NCBI GenBank assembly: GCA_038127595.1
Contig: JAYPIC010000002.1
Span: forward strand, 1 to 62,353
Length of the DNA stretch: 62,353 nt
Reading direction: 5' to 3'
Origin: a bacterium
GTDB taxonomy: Bacteria; Fidelibacterota; Marinisomatia; Marinisomatales; UBA1611
Part shown: positions 9,958 to 20,061 of the stretch, in pieces
How positions within the stretch are numbered: the first letter of the stretch is position 1
How the letters are laid out: every line of letters starts with the position of its first letter
Position numbers and translations under genes: made by a program
The notes under the pieces: model-generated
Seen by the model: only the letters and a program-made list of their open reading frames with translations
What the model was told of the DNA's origin: nothing
Databases searched by the model: none

Positions 9958-10935
9958 TTACTCATTTTTAAGCAGGCTATCAACATGGGATTTGATGTTT
10001 ATACTACAACCAATATTGTTTAAATATCTTAATGCATCTAGAGCATTTATTTTTTCAGAAATCATGTTATACGATTTTCCATTTAAAATAATTTTTTCAG
10101 CTACGCTTATAAAATCAATTTTCCTATTTTTTATCTGAATATCTTTCATATTATTTTCAGTAGCTATCGAAAAATTTTCATGAAGCCAAGATGAAATTTC
10201 TCTTCGATAACTTCTAAGGCGAACGTAGTCTCCATCCCAAATTCTAGATGCAGTAGCGTATTTTACTAATTTTTGAACGTCCCTCTCACCTGCAATATTT
10301 ACAACAAAATCTTTGGGTGCGCAATCTTTCCGACTGTTAGGTTTTGGTAAAGAATTTCTTTTAATTTTATTTACTAGAAGACACGCATAGGTCCAAACAT
10401 GGGACTTCTTCTGTTTAAAATTAAAAGCTCGAAGCAGATGAAAAATCATCACAATGTTTGAATCTATATTTTGTAGCCCTAGATCTGCTATAGTATCAAT
10501 AATTGATCGCGACCGATCTGATACAAAATAGATACTAGGCATCAGCTCATCAACACTATTCCAGTCGCAAGCTTGTAAAGCATCCTCAAGTTCCCCTACA
10601 AAGACTGAAGATATGGAGTCGTCCTCAATTTCTTTTTTTTGAATTGCATCATTGTAATTAATAATTTTTCTTTCTTTACTCAGATGCAAGCCATATGATA
10701 ATAATGGTTCTGATGGATTCGTTCTATTATCTCCTATGATATTTTTAATACAATTCATAGTAACTAATGGATGAATCTTTTCATTATCTTTACTTTCTAT
10801 CGAAGCTGCAATGTAGAGAAGATCATTCAAAAAATTTACGAGATTTTCTCCGCCTAATAATGCTTTTTCTAAAAAAGGTGAACATCTACTAAAGTCACCC
10901 TTTCTTAGGTGACTAATAAGAGGATTTTCTGCCAT
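9958..10935 (-). CDS. hypothetical protein (325 aa, no recognisable domain)
   Basis: Long uninterrupted ORF, co-directional with and 6 bp upstream of the DUF309 gene. No signal peptide or motif that I recognise. Confidence 0.6.
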   Translation of the reverse strand: MAENPLISHLRKGDFSRCSPFLEKALLGGENLVNFLNDLLYIAASIESKDNEKIHPLVTMNCIKNIIGDNRTNPSEPLLSYGLHLSKERKIINYNDAIQKKEIEDDSISSVFVGELEDALQACDWNSVDELMPSIYFVSDRSRSIIDTIADLGLQNIDSNIVMIFHLLRAFNFKQKKSHVWTYACLLVNKIKRNSLPKPNSRKDCAPKDFVVNIAGERDVQKLVKYATASRIWDGDYVRLRSYRREISSWLHENFSIATENNMKDIQIKNRKIDFISVAEKIILNGKSYNMISEKINALDALRYLNNIGCSINIKSHVDSLLKNE

Positions 10936-10940
10936 TAAAC

Positions 10941-11702
10941 TTATTTAAGATTTTTTTTGTATCTACCGAGATAATAAAATACTTGAATGGATAAACCCGT
11001 TGCCCTAGAATATTCTGATGGGGAACCAAAACCCTCACCGGGATACATAGGATCATAATCATTATACCTCCCATCATATGATGAGTCTAATCGAGTAGAA
11101 GTTTTCCATTCTTTCCCAGTAACATTCCAATTTGAATCAAACACCTTAAATAAAGGCATAGAATTAAAATCATGATAATATCCAATTTCATAACCAAATT
11201 TTTCTGAGATCTTCTTCCCTCTTAAAAACCCTACTCTCATACTAGATTTATTGTCAGGAGTTATGCCTTCTGGAATTAACATAAAACGAGTGCCACTCCA
11301 TGATATTCGATTAAAACTTTTCTTCTTTTTACTCATTTTTGAAAATAGCCCACCAGATTTTTCTTTAAAGCGATAATATGTTATGTCAAAGTTTCGATTT
11401 GGATTATAACTCCAGGCAAAATTCATGACATCCCAAGCATTTTCTCGCCTCATTACTGTACGACTAAGATCAATACCAGTACCATAAATAGGCAAACCAA
11501 CTCTATACCCAATTTCAGTATTTTGATCCAAACCTTTACGAAACCAAACTACTGGTAATACATTTTCAGCTGCTAATGCATAGCCCCATACTTGCTCATT
11601 TTTTTTCAAAGTCCCTGGATGGACAACAGGATGAGAAGCACATCCAATCAGAAAAAACAAAAAAGTTAAACTGATAGTTAAAAATAATTTTCGCATTACC
11701 AT
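10941..11702 (-). CDS. hypothetical lipoprotein
   Basis: 253 aa. Signal peptide with lipobox FLIGC|ASH. Aromatic-rich, beta-rich composition suggests an outer-membrane association. Confidence 0.6.
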   Translation of the reverse strand: MVMRKLFLTISLTFLFFLIGCASHPVVHPGTLKKNEQVWGYALAAENVLPVVWFRKGLDQNTEIGYRVGLPIYGTGIDLSRTVMRRENAWDVMNFAWSYNPNRNFDITYYRFKEKSGGLFSKMSKKKKSFNRISWSGTRFMLIPEGITPDNKSSMRVGFLRGKKISEKFGYEIGYYHDFNSMPLFKVFDSNWNVTGKEWKTSTRLDSSYDGRYNDYDPMYPGEGFGSPSEYSRATGLSIQVFYYLGRYKKNLK

Positions 11703-11743
11703 TACATTGATAAATATATTTATTAAAATAATTTTATCAGTAA

Positions 11744-13525
11744 TTATTTTAAATAAATCATTTTTCTACTAAACAAAATAGGTAGGTATCCCTCAACCTC
11801 AGCATTTATTGTGAAAAAATAAACACCCGTTGAAAAACTCTCTGCATTCCAGTCAAAATTGTACTTGCCACTATTATAAAATTCTTTATCAGAGAAAGTG
11901 GTTTTTATACGCCCTGTCGCATCAGTCACATATAGAGATAATGTTGCATCTTGGAGTAAATCAAAAGAAATGCGAGTAGTGCTATTGAATGGATTTGGAT
12001 AATTTTGATATAGAACAAAAAGCTCAGGAATTAAATCAGCATCCATTGCACTTATTTTATCTATATTTTTAGATCCAAAAGTATTTTTACCCGTTTTAAT
12101 CCATTTTCCACCATCTGGGAAACGGTGATTGCTTAAGTCATCTTTAGCGTAAATCTTAAATAATTCTAATGTATGAGTTTCATTATTTTCAACAATATTA
12201 TGCTCAATTAAAATATGACCAATATCATCTGAAAAATTAATATTAAACGTAGAATCAATATATTGCAGATCAAAGGAAGGATCAAAATCAAGAGCCCATA
12301 TATCCTCGCCATTTGCACTAATAATAAATTTATTTGATCCAGTGTAAGTACCAGCAACCTCTATGGAAAGACTATTTGACCCTGACTTCCAACTAATTTC
12401 ATTTATCCAAATCTCTGAACTTTCTTTTGACATTTTTAAACTAGCAATACTATTTGTTGGGATTATTTCATTCTTTAAAGTTTTACTAATCTTTTTATCT
12501 TCAATTAATTCGATATGATCTACTTCTTTGTCATTAATTATTAGTTTAGCATAAGTCCAATTTTCTGGAATACTTCTTTGAAAAACTTGATTTGATAAAA
12601 TTTCTGAATTATTAATTGCAATATGCTCATCAAGAAAGGATAGTTTCATATCATTTTGATCTAACTCACTATCATTTATAACTAATAGTTCAACTATAGC
12701 TTTATCACTTTGATTTTCAGCACCCAATATGATAACAGGGGAAAGACTATTAATGACTTTTACATAATCTTGAAAAGAATCTTTTAAAACAAACCAATTA
12801 TTTTTTGCGGTAGTAAAAATATTTTTTGTTTCAGACTTCCACTCTTCAGGAGTAAGTAGAAAATAATTTCTATATAATTGTTCATTGTTTTGAAATTTTA
12901 TAAAAACATCATCTTCGAAATAATATTTCTTTTCTGCTTCGAAAATAGGACTAACGTCATTAATTGCATTCAAGGGGAAATTTTCAACCCAAAGGCCAAT
13001 ATCTATTGTTTCCTCTGACATTAAGTTAATCAAGGCATCGACTGACTGCACGTTAATACCTGTGTTATCCTCAATGATTTCTTCTCTAATGATGGCCCTA
13101 AATAACTGCAGAGCAGTGTGCTCCAATTTGACTTTTTGTATATTCCCTTTTTTAATTGATCCAAAAGAGGGTTTTAAATGGTCACTCTTATATCTATTAT
13201 TATCAATATCTATTACCTCTACGTAATAAAAATATCGAATATTATTTTTACAATTAATATCAAGAAATCTATTTTTAGTGATTTCATCTGATGAGATATT
13301 AGCATTCAATGAAAAATCACTTTTTGATCCAGCTCTTCTAAAAACATTGACTTCTTTGATTTCTATTTCATCAGGAACAGACCAGTGTAATAGCAGAGAA
13401 CCTATACCATCATATATATTAAGATCTATATGATATACCTCTTCTAGAGCAGGCGACGGTTTATCTGGCCACAATGTTCCTGCTAGAAAGATAAAAAATA
13501 TAAAATTTTTGACTTTTTTAATCAT
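11744..13525 (-). CDS. secreted protein with T9SS type-A C-terminal sorting domain
   Basis: 593 aa. N-terminal signal/TM segment. The C-terminal ~85 aa carry the T9SS CTD signature (YQNYPNPFNSTTRISFDL ... GVYFFTI ...). Confidence 0.75.
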   Translation of the reverse strand: MIKKVKNFIFFIFLAGTLWPDKPSPALEEVYHIDLNIYDGIGSLLLHWSVPDEIEIKEVNVFRRAGSKSDFSLNANISSDEITKNRFLDINCKNNIRYFYYVEVIDIDNNRYKSDHLKPSFGSIKKGNIQKVKLEHTALQLFRAIIREEIIEDNTGINVQSVDALINLMSEETIDIGLWVENFPLNAINDVSPIFEAEKKYYFEDDVFIKFQNNEQLYRNYFLLTPEEWKSETKNIFTTAKNNWFVLKDSFQDYVKVINSLSPVIILGAENQSDKAIVELLVINDSELDQNDMKLSFLDEHIAINNSEILSNQVFQRSIPENWTYAKLIINDKEVDHIELIEDKKISKTLKNEIIPTNSIASLKMSKESSEIWINEISWKSGSNSLSIEVAGTYTGSNKFIISANGEDIWALDFDPSFDLQYIDSTFNINFSDDIGHILIEHNIVENNETHTLELFKIYAKDDLSNHRFPDGGKWIKTGKNTFGSKNIDKISAMDADLIPELFVLYQNYPNPFNSTTRISFDLLQDATLSLYVTDATGRIKTTFSDKEFYNSGKYNFDWNAESFSTGVYFFTINAEVEGYLPILFSRKMIYLK

Positions 13526-13600
13526 GAATATTTACACGTATAGACCTACAATTTCGACCATAATTGAAGATATGGCAAGTATTTAATTTTTAAGCCTAAT

Positions 13601-15253
13601 TTAATTAAGCAATGTTATTTTCTGTGTTCTACTACCACCTGGCCAGGCTATCTTGATAAAATAAACACCACTACTATTCCGACTGCCGTCCCATTTTATA
13701 TCCATGCTATGAGCATTCGTAGCTCCTTTTTCCAATGTCTGAATCAATTGACCATTAACATTAAAAATGGATAGAATTATGTTTGGTAAAATTGACTCGC
13801 TCTGAATTCTAATAGATGTAGTAGGATTAAATGGATTAGGGTATGCGTCAAAGACTTTCAAGGCATTTGGAGTTATTTCTTCATCTTTTATTGCAGTAGT
13901 AAATTGATAATTAATAGCTGCCCATGTATTCAAAATGCCATAACCATACATGTTGTCTGGACTATTAGATAAAGAGGCAGTCATCATCATTGCTTCCCTT
14001 ACCTGCATATTTGTCCATTCAGGATTAGCACTCAAAACTACTGCTGCTGCCCCAGCTGCTAAAGGAGCCGAAAAAGATGTTCCTGATGCTGTTCTATAAA
14101 TGTCTTCAGTATTTGACCTTACACAATAAGTGCTAACACCTAATGCACACACCTCAGGTTTTATTCTACCATCGTACGTAGGGCCACGGCTACTAAAGTT
14201 TGCTATAATTCCATCTCTGTTTACAGCTCCAACAGATATAACAGAATCAGCATCTGCTGGAGTAATTATGTAATACCAAGGGTCATCCCCTTCATTACCT
14301 GCTGAGTTTATACATAAAACACCCAGATTGGACGCAATGTCAATTGCAATAGTTGTCACAGCACTATTTCCATCTAGATCTTCATAAGAATACCAATCTA
14401 AATAACCTAGTGAAGCACATGCAATGTCTGCCCCTAAAGATTCACCCCATTCCAAAGCAGCAACATAGTTATCTTCCTCTTGCTGTATCTCTTCAGCCAT
14501 AATCTCAGTTTTCGCAAGTAAGTATTCAGATTTAAATGCTGGCCCTATAAGGTTTCCTGGTGCATAGCCAGCCATCACGCTTAAGCACAATGTCCCATGA
14601 TTATCCTGATTTTCTAATATTTCTTGATCTGTTTCATTAGCAGTATTTTCATCGTTGTTTACAAAATCATACTGAGCAATGAGATTTAGAGAATCATATG
14701 CAGTATGACCTAATTCATATCCAGTATCAAGATACAAAACCCTAACGCCCTGGCCAAAATAACCAGCTATATGAGGAATGCGGCAATTAATTTGCTCAAT
14801 CTGATCATAACTAGATCCATATTCAATATTTCTACTTTGATCATTCATGTTTCCAATATCTTGGATAGATTTTTTTTTCGTATGCTGATAGACTGGCTTA
14901 ATTTTTTTTACAAAAGGTAGCTTTTTAATTAGGTTGATTTTTTCTATATCTGCAATTACTGAAACAGCATTAAGCCAACGGCTTTGAATATTGACTTCTA
15001 CATCCAGTTCTTTGATTTCATCGATATAATTTTGATTTAATAAATAATCATATTTTGTAGGTTCAAACAGATTATGCTTGATTCTTCTTTTAATTGAAGC
15101 GTCATCAAGATCAACAATTCTTGTAGAATCTTTTTTATCAAAATAAACCCATACCTTATATAAATCACCTCTGCGTCCAGCTTCAATATTTTGTGGTTTT
15201 ATATCATTCGAATGTAGAAATGATATGAAAATAAAAAATAAAAATGCTATCAT
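13601..15253 (-). CDS. S8 (subtilisin-family) serine peptidase with T9SS C-terminal sorting domain
   Basis: 550 aa. Catalytic triad contexts VLYLDTGY (Asp), NHGTLCLSVMAG (His), SGTSFSAPLAAGAAAV (Ser). C-terminal CTD AYPNPFNPTTSIRI ... GVYFIKI. Confidence 0.9.
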   Translation of the reverse strand: MIAFLFFIFISFLHSNDIKPQNIEAGRRGDLYKVWVYFDKKDSTRIVDLDDASIKRRIKHNLFEPTKYDYLLNQNYIDEIKELDVEVNIQSRWLNAVSVIADIEKINLIKKLPFVKKIKPVYQHTKKKSIQDIGNMNDQSRNIEYGSSYDQIEQINCRIPHIAGYFGQGVRVLYLDTGYELGHTAYDSLNLIAQYDFVNNDENTANETDQEILENQDNHGTLCLSVMAGYAPGNLIGPAFKSEYLLAKTEIMAEEIQQEEDNYVAALEWGESLGADIACASLGYLDWYSYEDLDGNSAVTTIAIDIASNLGVLCINSAGNEGDDPWYYIITPADADSVISVGAVNRDGIIANFSSRGPTYDGRIKPEVCALGVSTYCVRSNTEDIYRTASGTSFSAPLAAGAAAVVLSANPEWTNMQVREAMMMTASLSNSPDNMYGYGILNTWAAINYQFTTAIKDEEITPNALKVFDAYPNPFNPTTSIRIQSESILPNIILSIFNVNGQLIQTLEKGATNAHSMDIKWDGSRNSSGVYFIKIAWPGGSRTQKITLLN

Positions 15254-15256
15254 ATC

Positions 15257-17575
15257 TTAGTTTGATACTAAGTTAATTATCATTAATAGGTCCAAGATAT
15301 TTATCTCCCCATTATCATCTAAATCGCAGAAAGTAAGTTCATAATTGCTTGGTTCTTCACCTCTTGATATCATATCTGCTACCCCAATTATATCAAATAT
15401 ATTTACAGTACCATCTGATGTTTGATCTCCAAGTAATCCCAATGAAAATCCATTAATAGAAAAATCATCGAAAACAAAACCATCGCCTTCCACATATTGG
15501 TCCGAATCCTGAATGAATCGAAACGCTAAAGGCTTATTACCGTTTAGTTGATTTAAATAGATTTTTTCTATGACCCAGCTACTCTGACTTCCATCATAAC
15601 CGTATTGACCTAGTGGTTGTGCAGTTGCTCCATTTCCTTGAACAGTATAATTCCCCATCAAACTCAACCAACCATCTTCCTCCGTGTAAGCTTGAAAGCG
15701 AACAAAATCATATCCATCTTCTATATCCCACAGCGCAGAATAAGAAACAAAAGGATTTGCAATAAAACTGAAATCTAAATCTATTTCTAATGTGGCTGAG
15801 GAGGATATTTCTGCACTATAGTTACCATTTGGACTATCTGTTAGAGCATACAACCCGATTGATGGCTCATTAGTTAGACCCCAATCTCCGTCAACAGACC
15901 ATTGACCAATACCAGAATTAAAATCTTCTTGATAAAGCAAGGTCTGATTACCAATAAAAAATCTAAGTGTGTCTTTATAATTAAAACTTTTTTCATCTTG
16001 AATAGAAATTTTAATTGAGGCCTCAGAAAAATAAGCTACCTGGTCTGATACATTTAATTCAAAACTAATAGTATCTTTTTGCCAAGAATTTAATTCTCCA
16101 ATTTCAACTAATTGGTTTTCAATACTTATTAGTTGAGATAGGGGCTCAATTTTTATAGAAACTGCCCCACTAGAACTAGCTAAGCCTCTGTTTAATATTT
16201 CAAGATTTGCAAATGCTAATGCCCCTGGTAATAAATCATTTGAAAAATCATACGAACCCAAAACAAAATCACTTCCAGCTGTAAATGCAAAAACTTTATT
16301 AGGCCCAAATTGATTATCGCATAACTCTTCAACATCACTCTCAGATGGCCAAAATCCCTGAGATGAAGACCCTACTTCTGGCGTGTATGTGATAATACCA
16401 TTATTACCATAAGTCCAGTCCACCGCATCTCCATTTACTGTATATCCTATCGTTTCATATCCTGTCCCAAAATTAAAATTATTAAGATCAGACATTTCTT
16501 GAGCTAAGCCTCTGTAGATCATAAGGTCACCATAATCTGGGTAAGATCCATCTCCAAATGGATGAATATATACATTACCAAAACTATGATAATGTAATAC
16601 ATTTTTAAAATTTCTATTTAAAATAAAGTCTTTAACGATTTCAATTTCTGGCTCTGAAAATGCCGATTCTCCTCTATATATCGCGCTGCATGGATCAGGA
16701 CTAGATCCTGTGTCATTAGCACCCCAACCAAAGCCATAATTTCGATTAAGGTCTACACCTCTTTGAGTGCCTAACCCACATCCAGTATCTCTTCTATTTT
16801 TCCTATGCATTCCTCCACCATCGGGTTCGATCTCCTCATTATAAATGTAACCATCTGGATTCACTACAGGGATAAACCAAAGTTCTCTTTCATTAATAAG
16901 ATAATTTGCCTCAGAAGAATCTATATCGTAAGACTCAATAAGATTTTGAACAAAATAAAAAAGATTCATCATGCTAAGAGGCTCTCTAGAGTGGGTAAGC
17001 CCTGTGTATAGGACCTCAGGTTCATCTTCGTCTTCATTAACATTATCAGAAAGTTTAAATGCCCAAATATCATTACCCTCAACTGACTGACCTAATATAA
17101 TTTTTTCTGAAATTATTTCAGGATACATATTTTTTAATTCTTCATGTCTTTGATTTAATTCACTCCAAGTATAGTTACCTAGCATACTTCCTAATGGAAA
17201 ATTTCGTTCATTCAAAACTTCAACATTTCTGTCCTTGTAGTAGGAGGTTAAATCATCAATTAGAACTTCGAAAAATAGATCTAGACCCTCAAGAATTAAC
17301 TTCTCTTGCTGAGATACAACTAAGTCTAGATAAGTGCCAGACCTCATAATGCTGTGGTCCAAAGCAATTCCAGAGTCTTGGATAGTTTTAATGATGGAAG
17401 GAGACGGGTACCAAAATCTTATTGATGAAAAAATTTCAGTTTTAGCAAATAAACAAAAATTTAATATTACAAAAAATAAACTTCTGCTTAATACACGCGT
17501 TAAGAATTTTCTTTTATCCAATCTGTAGTTACCGATTTGGGACGCGTTATAGGTATTCCAAGTGCTCTCTCCCAA
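15257..17575 (-). CDS. M14 zinc carboxypeptidase with C-terminal dockerin-like Ca-binding repeats
   Basis: 772 aa. M14 Zn ligand contexts GLTHSREP and LHYHSFGN, plus VVNPDGY. The C-terminus has two EF-hand-like dockerin repeats, DQTSDGTVNIFDI and DLDDNGEINILDL. The start is uncertain: the ATG at 17575 overlaps the citrate synthase 3' end by 76 nt, and a TTG at 17521 lies immediately before the signal-like segment KRKFLTRVLSRSLFFVILNFCLFA. Confidence 0.85.
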   Translation of the reverse strand: MGESTWNTYNASQIGNYRLDKRKFLTRVLSRSLFFVILNFCLFAKTEIFSSIRFWYPSPSIIKTIQDSGIALDHSIMRSGTYLDLVVSQQEKLILEGLDLFFEVLIDDLTSYYKDRNVEVLNERNFPLGSMLGNYTWSELNQRHEELKNMYPEIISEKIILGQSVEGNDIWAFKLSDNVNEDEDEPEVLYTGLTHSREPLSMMNLFYFVQNLIESYDIDSSEANYLINERELWFIPVVNPDGYIYNEEIEPDGGGMHRKNRRDTGCGLGTQRGVDLNRNYGFGWGANDTGSSPDPCSAIYRGESAFSEPEIEIVKDFILNRNFKNVLHYHSFGNVYIHPFGDGSYPDYGDLMIYRGLAQEMSDLNNFNFGTGYETIGYTVNGDAVDWTYGNNGIITYTPEVGSSSQGFWPSESDVEELCDNQFGPNKVFAFTAGSDFVLGSYDFSNDLLPGALAFANLEILNRGLASSSGAVSIKIEPLSQLISIENQLVEIGELNSWQKDTISFELNVSDQVAYFSEASIKISIQDEKSFNYKDTLRFFIGNQTLLYQEDFNSGIGQWSVDGDWGLTNEPSIGLYALTDSPNGNYSAEISSSATLEIDLDFSFIANPFVSYSALWDIEDGYDFVRFQAYTEEDGWLSLMGNYTVQGNGATAQPLGQYGYDGSQSSWVIEKIYLNQLNGNKPLAFRFIQDSDQYVEGDGFVFDDFSINGFSLGLLGDQTSDGTVNIFDIIGVADMISRGEEPSNYELTFCDLDDNGEINILDLLMIINLVSN

Positions 17576-18771
17576 ACCATTTGAGCTATCATCCCCATAC
17601 TTCTTGAAATACTAAACAAAACTGTATAAAAATTAAATTCTTTAAGCCCATAGTGATAAAGAAGCGAACCAGACGCAGCATCAACATTTGGCCATGGATT
17701 CTTCGCTTTACCTTGCTCAGTTAAAACTTTCGGAGCAATATCAAATAATGAGTTTACAATTTCAAAAACATCGTCGTTTTTAATATGATCTCTACCAAAA
17801 TTTATAAATGCGGTAAAACGAGGGTCTGGACAACGCAACACCGCATGCCCATACCCTGGAATAACTTGTCCAGACTTAAGCCTATCCCAACAAAAATCTT
17901 TAAGCTGTTCTTTCGAAGGTGCTCCACCAAAATGATCATGGACATCAAGTACAAACTTTAAACACTCTTGATTCGCTAACCCATGAAGAGGACCAGCTAA
18001 TCCATTTAGCCCTGCGGAGACAGAATAAAAAGGGTCAGATAAGGCTGACGCAACAGTATGAGAGGCAAATGCACTTACATTCCCACCTTCATGATCACAA
18101 TGCAACATAAAATAAAGCTGCATTAGTTTATGGAAGTCCTTTCCTTGATCAGACATACCCATCATATGAACAAAATTCCCTGACCAATCTAAACTACTAT
18201 CAGATTCAATTCTATCTCCTTTATTAAAACGCATTCGATAAATACCTGCGCCTAATTCAGGAAGTTTAGATATTAATTGAATTCCATCCTCTAAAATATA
18301 TTTCCAGAACTCACCTTTATGCATACCTTCATCATATTTTCTTCTAAAAATACTTTCATTTTGCATTGCTAAAATCCCAAGATTAAACATGGTCATGGGA
18401 TGACTATCTTTTGGCATCTTTTCCAGCACAGACCATACATATCCGGGGACTTTAGAATGAAGGGAATATTGAGCTTGCAAATCAGCCAGCTCTTCTGAAT
18501 TGGGAAGTCTTCCTGTAAGCAACAAAAAGAATACTTCCTCAGGCAAAATATTTACGATGTCCAACAATGGATATCCTCTTATTATTAAACCTTTATCTGC
18601 AGATACGGAAGAAGTGTCACAAACAAAAGCCTTGATTCCTCTTAACCCAGAATATGCTTGAGCAACAGATACCGTACTTATTTGAGTATCACCTTTTTCA
18701 GCTACGAGAGATTTTATGTCTTGCTGTGTCTCTGGTATTAATTTTTCTAATTCTTTTTTTAATAAGCTCAT
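17500..18771 (-). CDS. gltA: citrate synthase, eukaryote-like type
   Basis: 423 aa. Long stretches match the mitochondrial-type enzyme: HCDHEGGNVSAFASH, LNGLAGPLHGLANQE, VIPGYGHAVLRCPDPRF, EQGKAKNPWPNVDAASG, YTVLFSISRSMG. Confidence 0.93.
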   Translation of the reverse strand: MSLLKKELEKLIPETQQDIKSLVAEKGDTQISTVSVAQAYSGLRGIKAFVCDTSSVSADKGLIIRGYPLLDIVNILPEEVFFLLLTGRLPNSEELADLQAQYSLHSKVPGYVWSVLEKMPKDSHPMTMFNLGILAMQNESIFRRKYDEGMHKGEFWKYILEDGIQLISKLPELGAGIYRMRFNKGDRIESDSSLDWSGNFVHMMGMSDQGKDFHKLMQLYFMLHCDHEGGNVSAFASHTVASALSDPFYSVSAGLNGLAGPLHGLANQECLKFVLDVHDHFGGAPSKEQLKDFCWDRLKSGQVIPGYGHAVLRCPDPRFTAFINFGRDHIKNDDVFEIVNSLFDIAPKVLTEQGKAKNPWPNVDAASGSLLYHYGLKEFNFYTVLFSISRSMGMIAQMVWERALGIPITRPKSVTTDWIKENS

Positions 18772-18790
18772 ATATATTATTTCCTGTTTT

Positions 18791-20041
18791 TTAAAAACAC
18801 CTTGTCACTAATCCAGAAAAAACTTTTGGAAAGAAAAATGTAGATTTTTGAGGCATAACCTCGCCCTTCCCTGCAATGTTAAACACATCATCGAGGGAGG
18901 GAGGATTTACAAAACAAACTATTTTATAATCTTCTGCTTTCAACATTTCTGAAGGTGGATTGTTTCCCCTTAAATAAGATAAGTATTTCAAATCATCTTG
19001 ATTATTTGTATCAATATCAAAAACATTTTTCAATAAAAAAGAGTGCAAGATATTTGTATCTAACTCCCTGAGCTCTTTACTCTTGTTAGGCATTTTACGC
19101 TCAAGACTATTCCAAGATTTAAAGTCCAAAACAAGTCCAGTATTTGATGATTTATGAAACAGACCAAGTGTGCATTTTTTACCAGCTTGATTCTTCATTT
19201 TACTTAGTAATTGATCAACGCCATCACATTCTTCATAAGTAAAATCTTTTATCAACTTCTCCTTTATGTCTTTAATTGAAATATCTTTTTCTTTAATCAA
19301 TCGATGAGTTGGTAAGATTTCCATGCCTGGATTCTTACTATTAACTAGTGTCACCATCACTTTCTCTGAACCAGGAATGGAATTATTTTTTGCATATTTT
19401 AATGCTGTTTTATAACGATGGTGTCCATCAGCAATCACTAATTTTTTATCTTTTAAAGCACCGATAAATTGCCCTGTTAGGTTTTCATCTTTTACAGCCC
19501 AAACCTTATAATGGATTTCATCTAATTTAGTATCAATCACAGGCTTATCAGCCATGCTTTTGTGAATGTTCTCAAGTACCATGTTTTCATCATCATAGAT
19601 CATAAAAATTTGGCCTGAATTTGCAGATGTTGATTCCATTAATTTATAACGGTCATCAAGATGTTTATCTATCGTTTGTTCATGAGGCAGCACTTCATCT
19701 CCGAGTTCAGAAAGTGTCAGAGCACAGATACATCCAATTCTTTCTACTAAATTCCCCTCAACTAAGAAAGATTGAGATAAAATATAAATTGCAGGCTGGC
19801 TTTCCTCAACCAAAACGCCACTACCAACCCACATATTAAGAGTATTAGCAGCTGAGGAGTATTTTTCATCTCCTGCTGTATTATTCAAATTAATCCGAAT
19901 GTAATTATGAGGTGAAGCATCATAGTATTGATTTTGCTCTTCTGGAGTGATCACATCATATGGAGGCACAATTACATTTTTTAAATCATCTATGATTTCA
20001 TGGTTGTAACGCCAACCTTTAAATGCAGAAACTTTTGCCAT
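18791..20041 (-). CDS. DUF1015 domain protein
   Basis: 416 aa. N-terminus AFKGWRYN ... VIVPPYDVI and central ADGHHRYKTAL are typical of DUF1015. Confidence 0.75.
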   Translation of the reverse strand: MAKVSAFKGWRYNHEIIDDLKNVIVPPYDVITPEEQNQYYDASPHNYIRINLNNTAGDEKYSSAANTLNMWVGSGVLVEESQPAIYILSQSFLVEGNLVERIGCICALTLSELGDEVLPHEQTIDKHLDDRYKLMESTSANSGQIFMIYDDENMVLENIHKSMADKPVIDTKLDEIHYKVWAVKDENLTGQFIGALKDKKLVIADGHHRYKTALKYAKNNSIPGSEKVMVTLVNSKNPGMEILPTHRLIKEKDISIKDIKEKLIKDFTYEECDGVDQLLSKMKNQAGKKCTLGLFHKSSNTGLVLDFKSWNSLERKMPNKSKELRELDTNILHSFLLKNVFDIDTNNQDDLKYLSYLRGNNPPSEMLKAEDYKIVCFVNPPSLDDVFNIAGKGEVMPQKSTFFFPKVFSGLVTRCF

Positions 20042-20061
20042 ATTAAATATTTAAATTTGTT

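Noticed and set aside
15257-15470. The dockerin-like tail of the M14 peptidase as evidence for a cellulosome.
   Set aside because: There are no cohesin, scaffoldin or glycoside hydrolase partners in the window. Isolated dockerin-like Ca-binding repeats are common outside cellulosomes.
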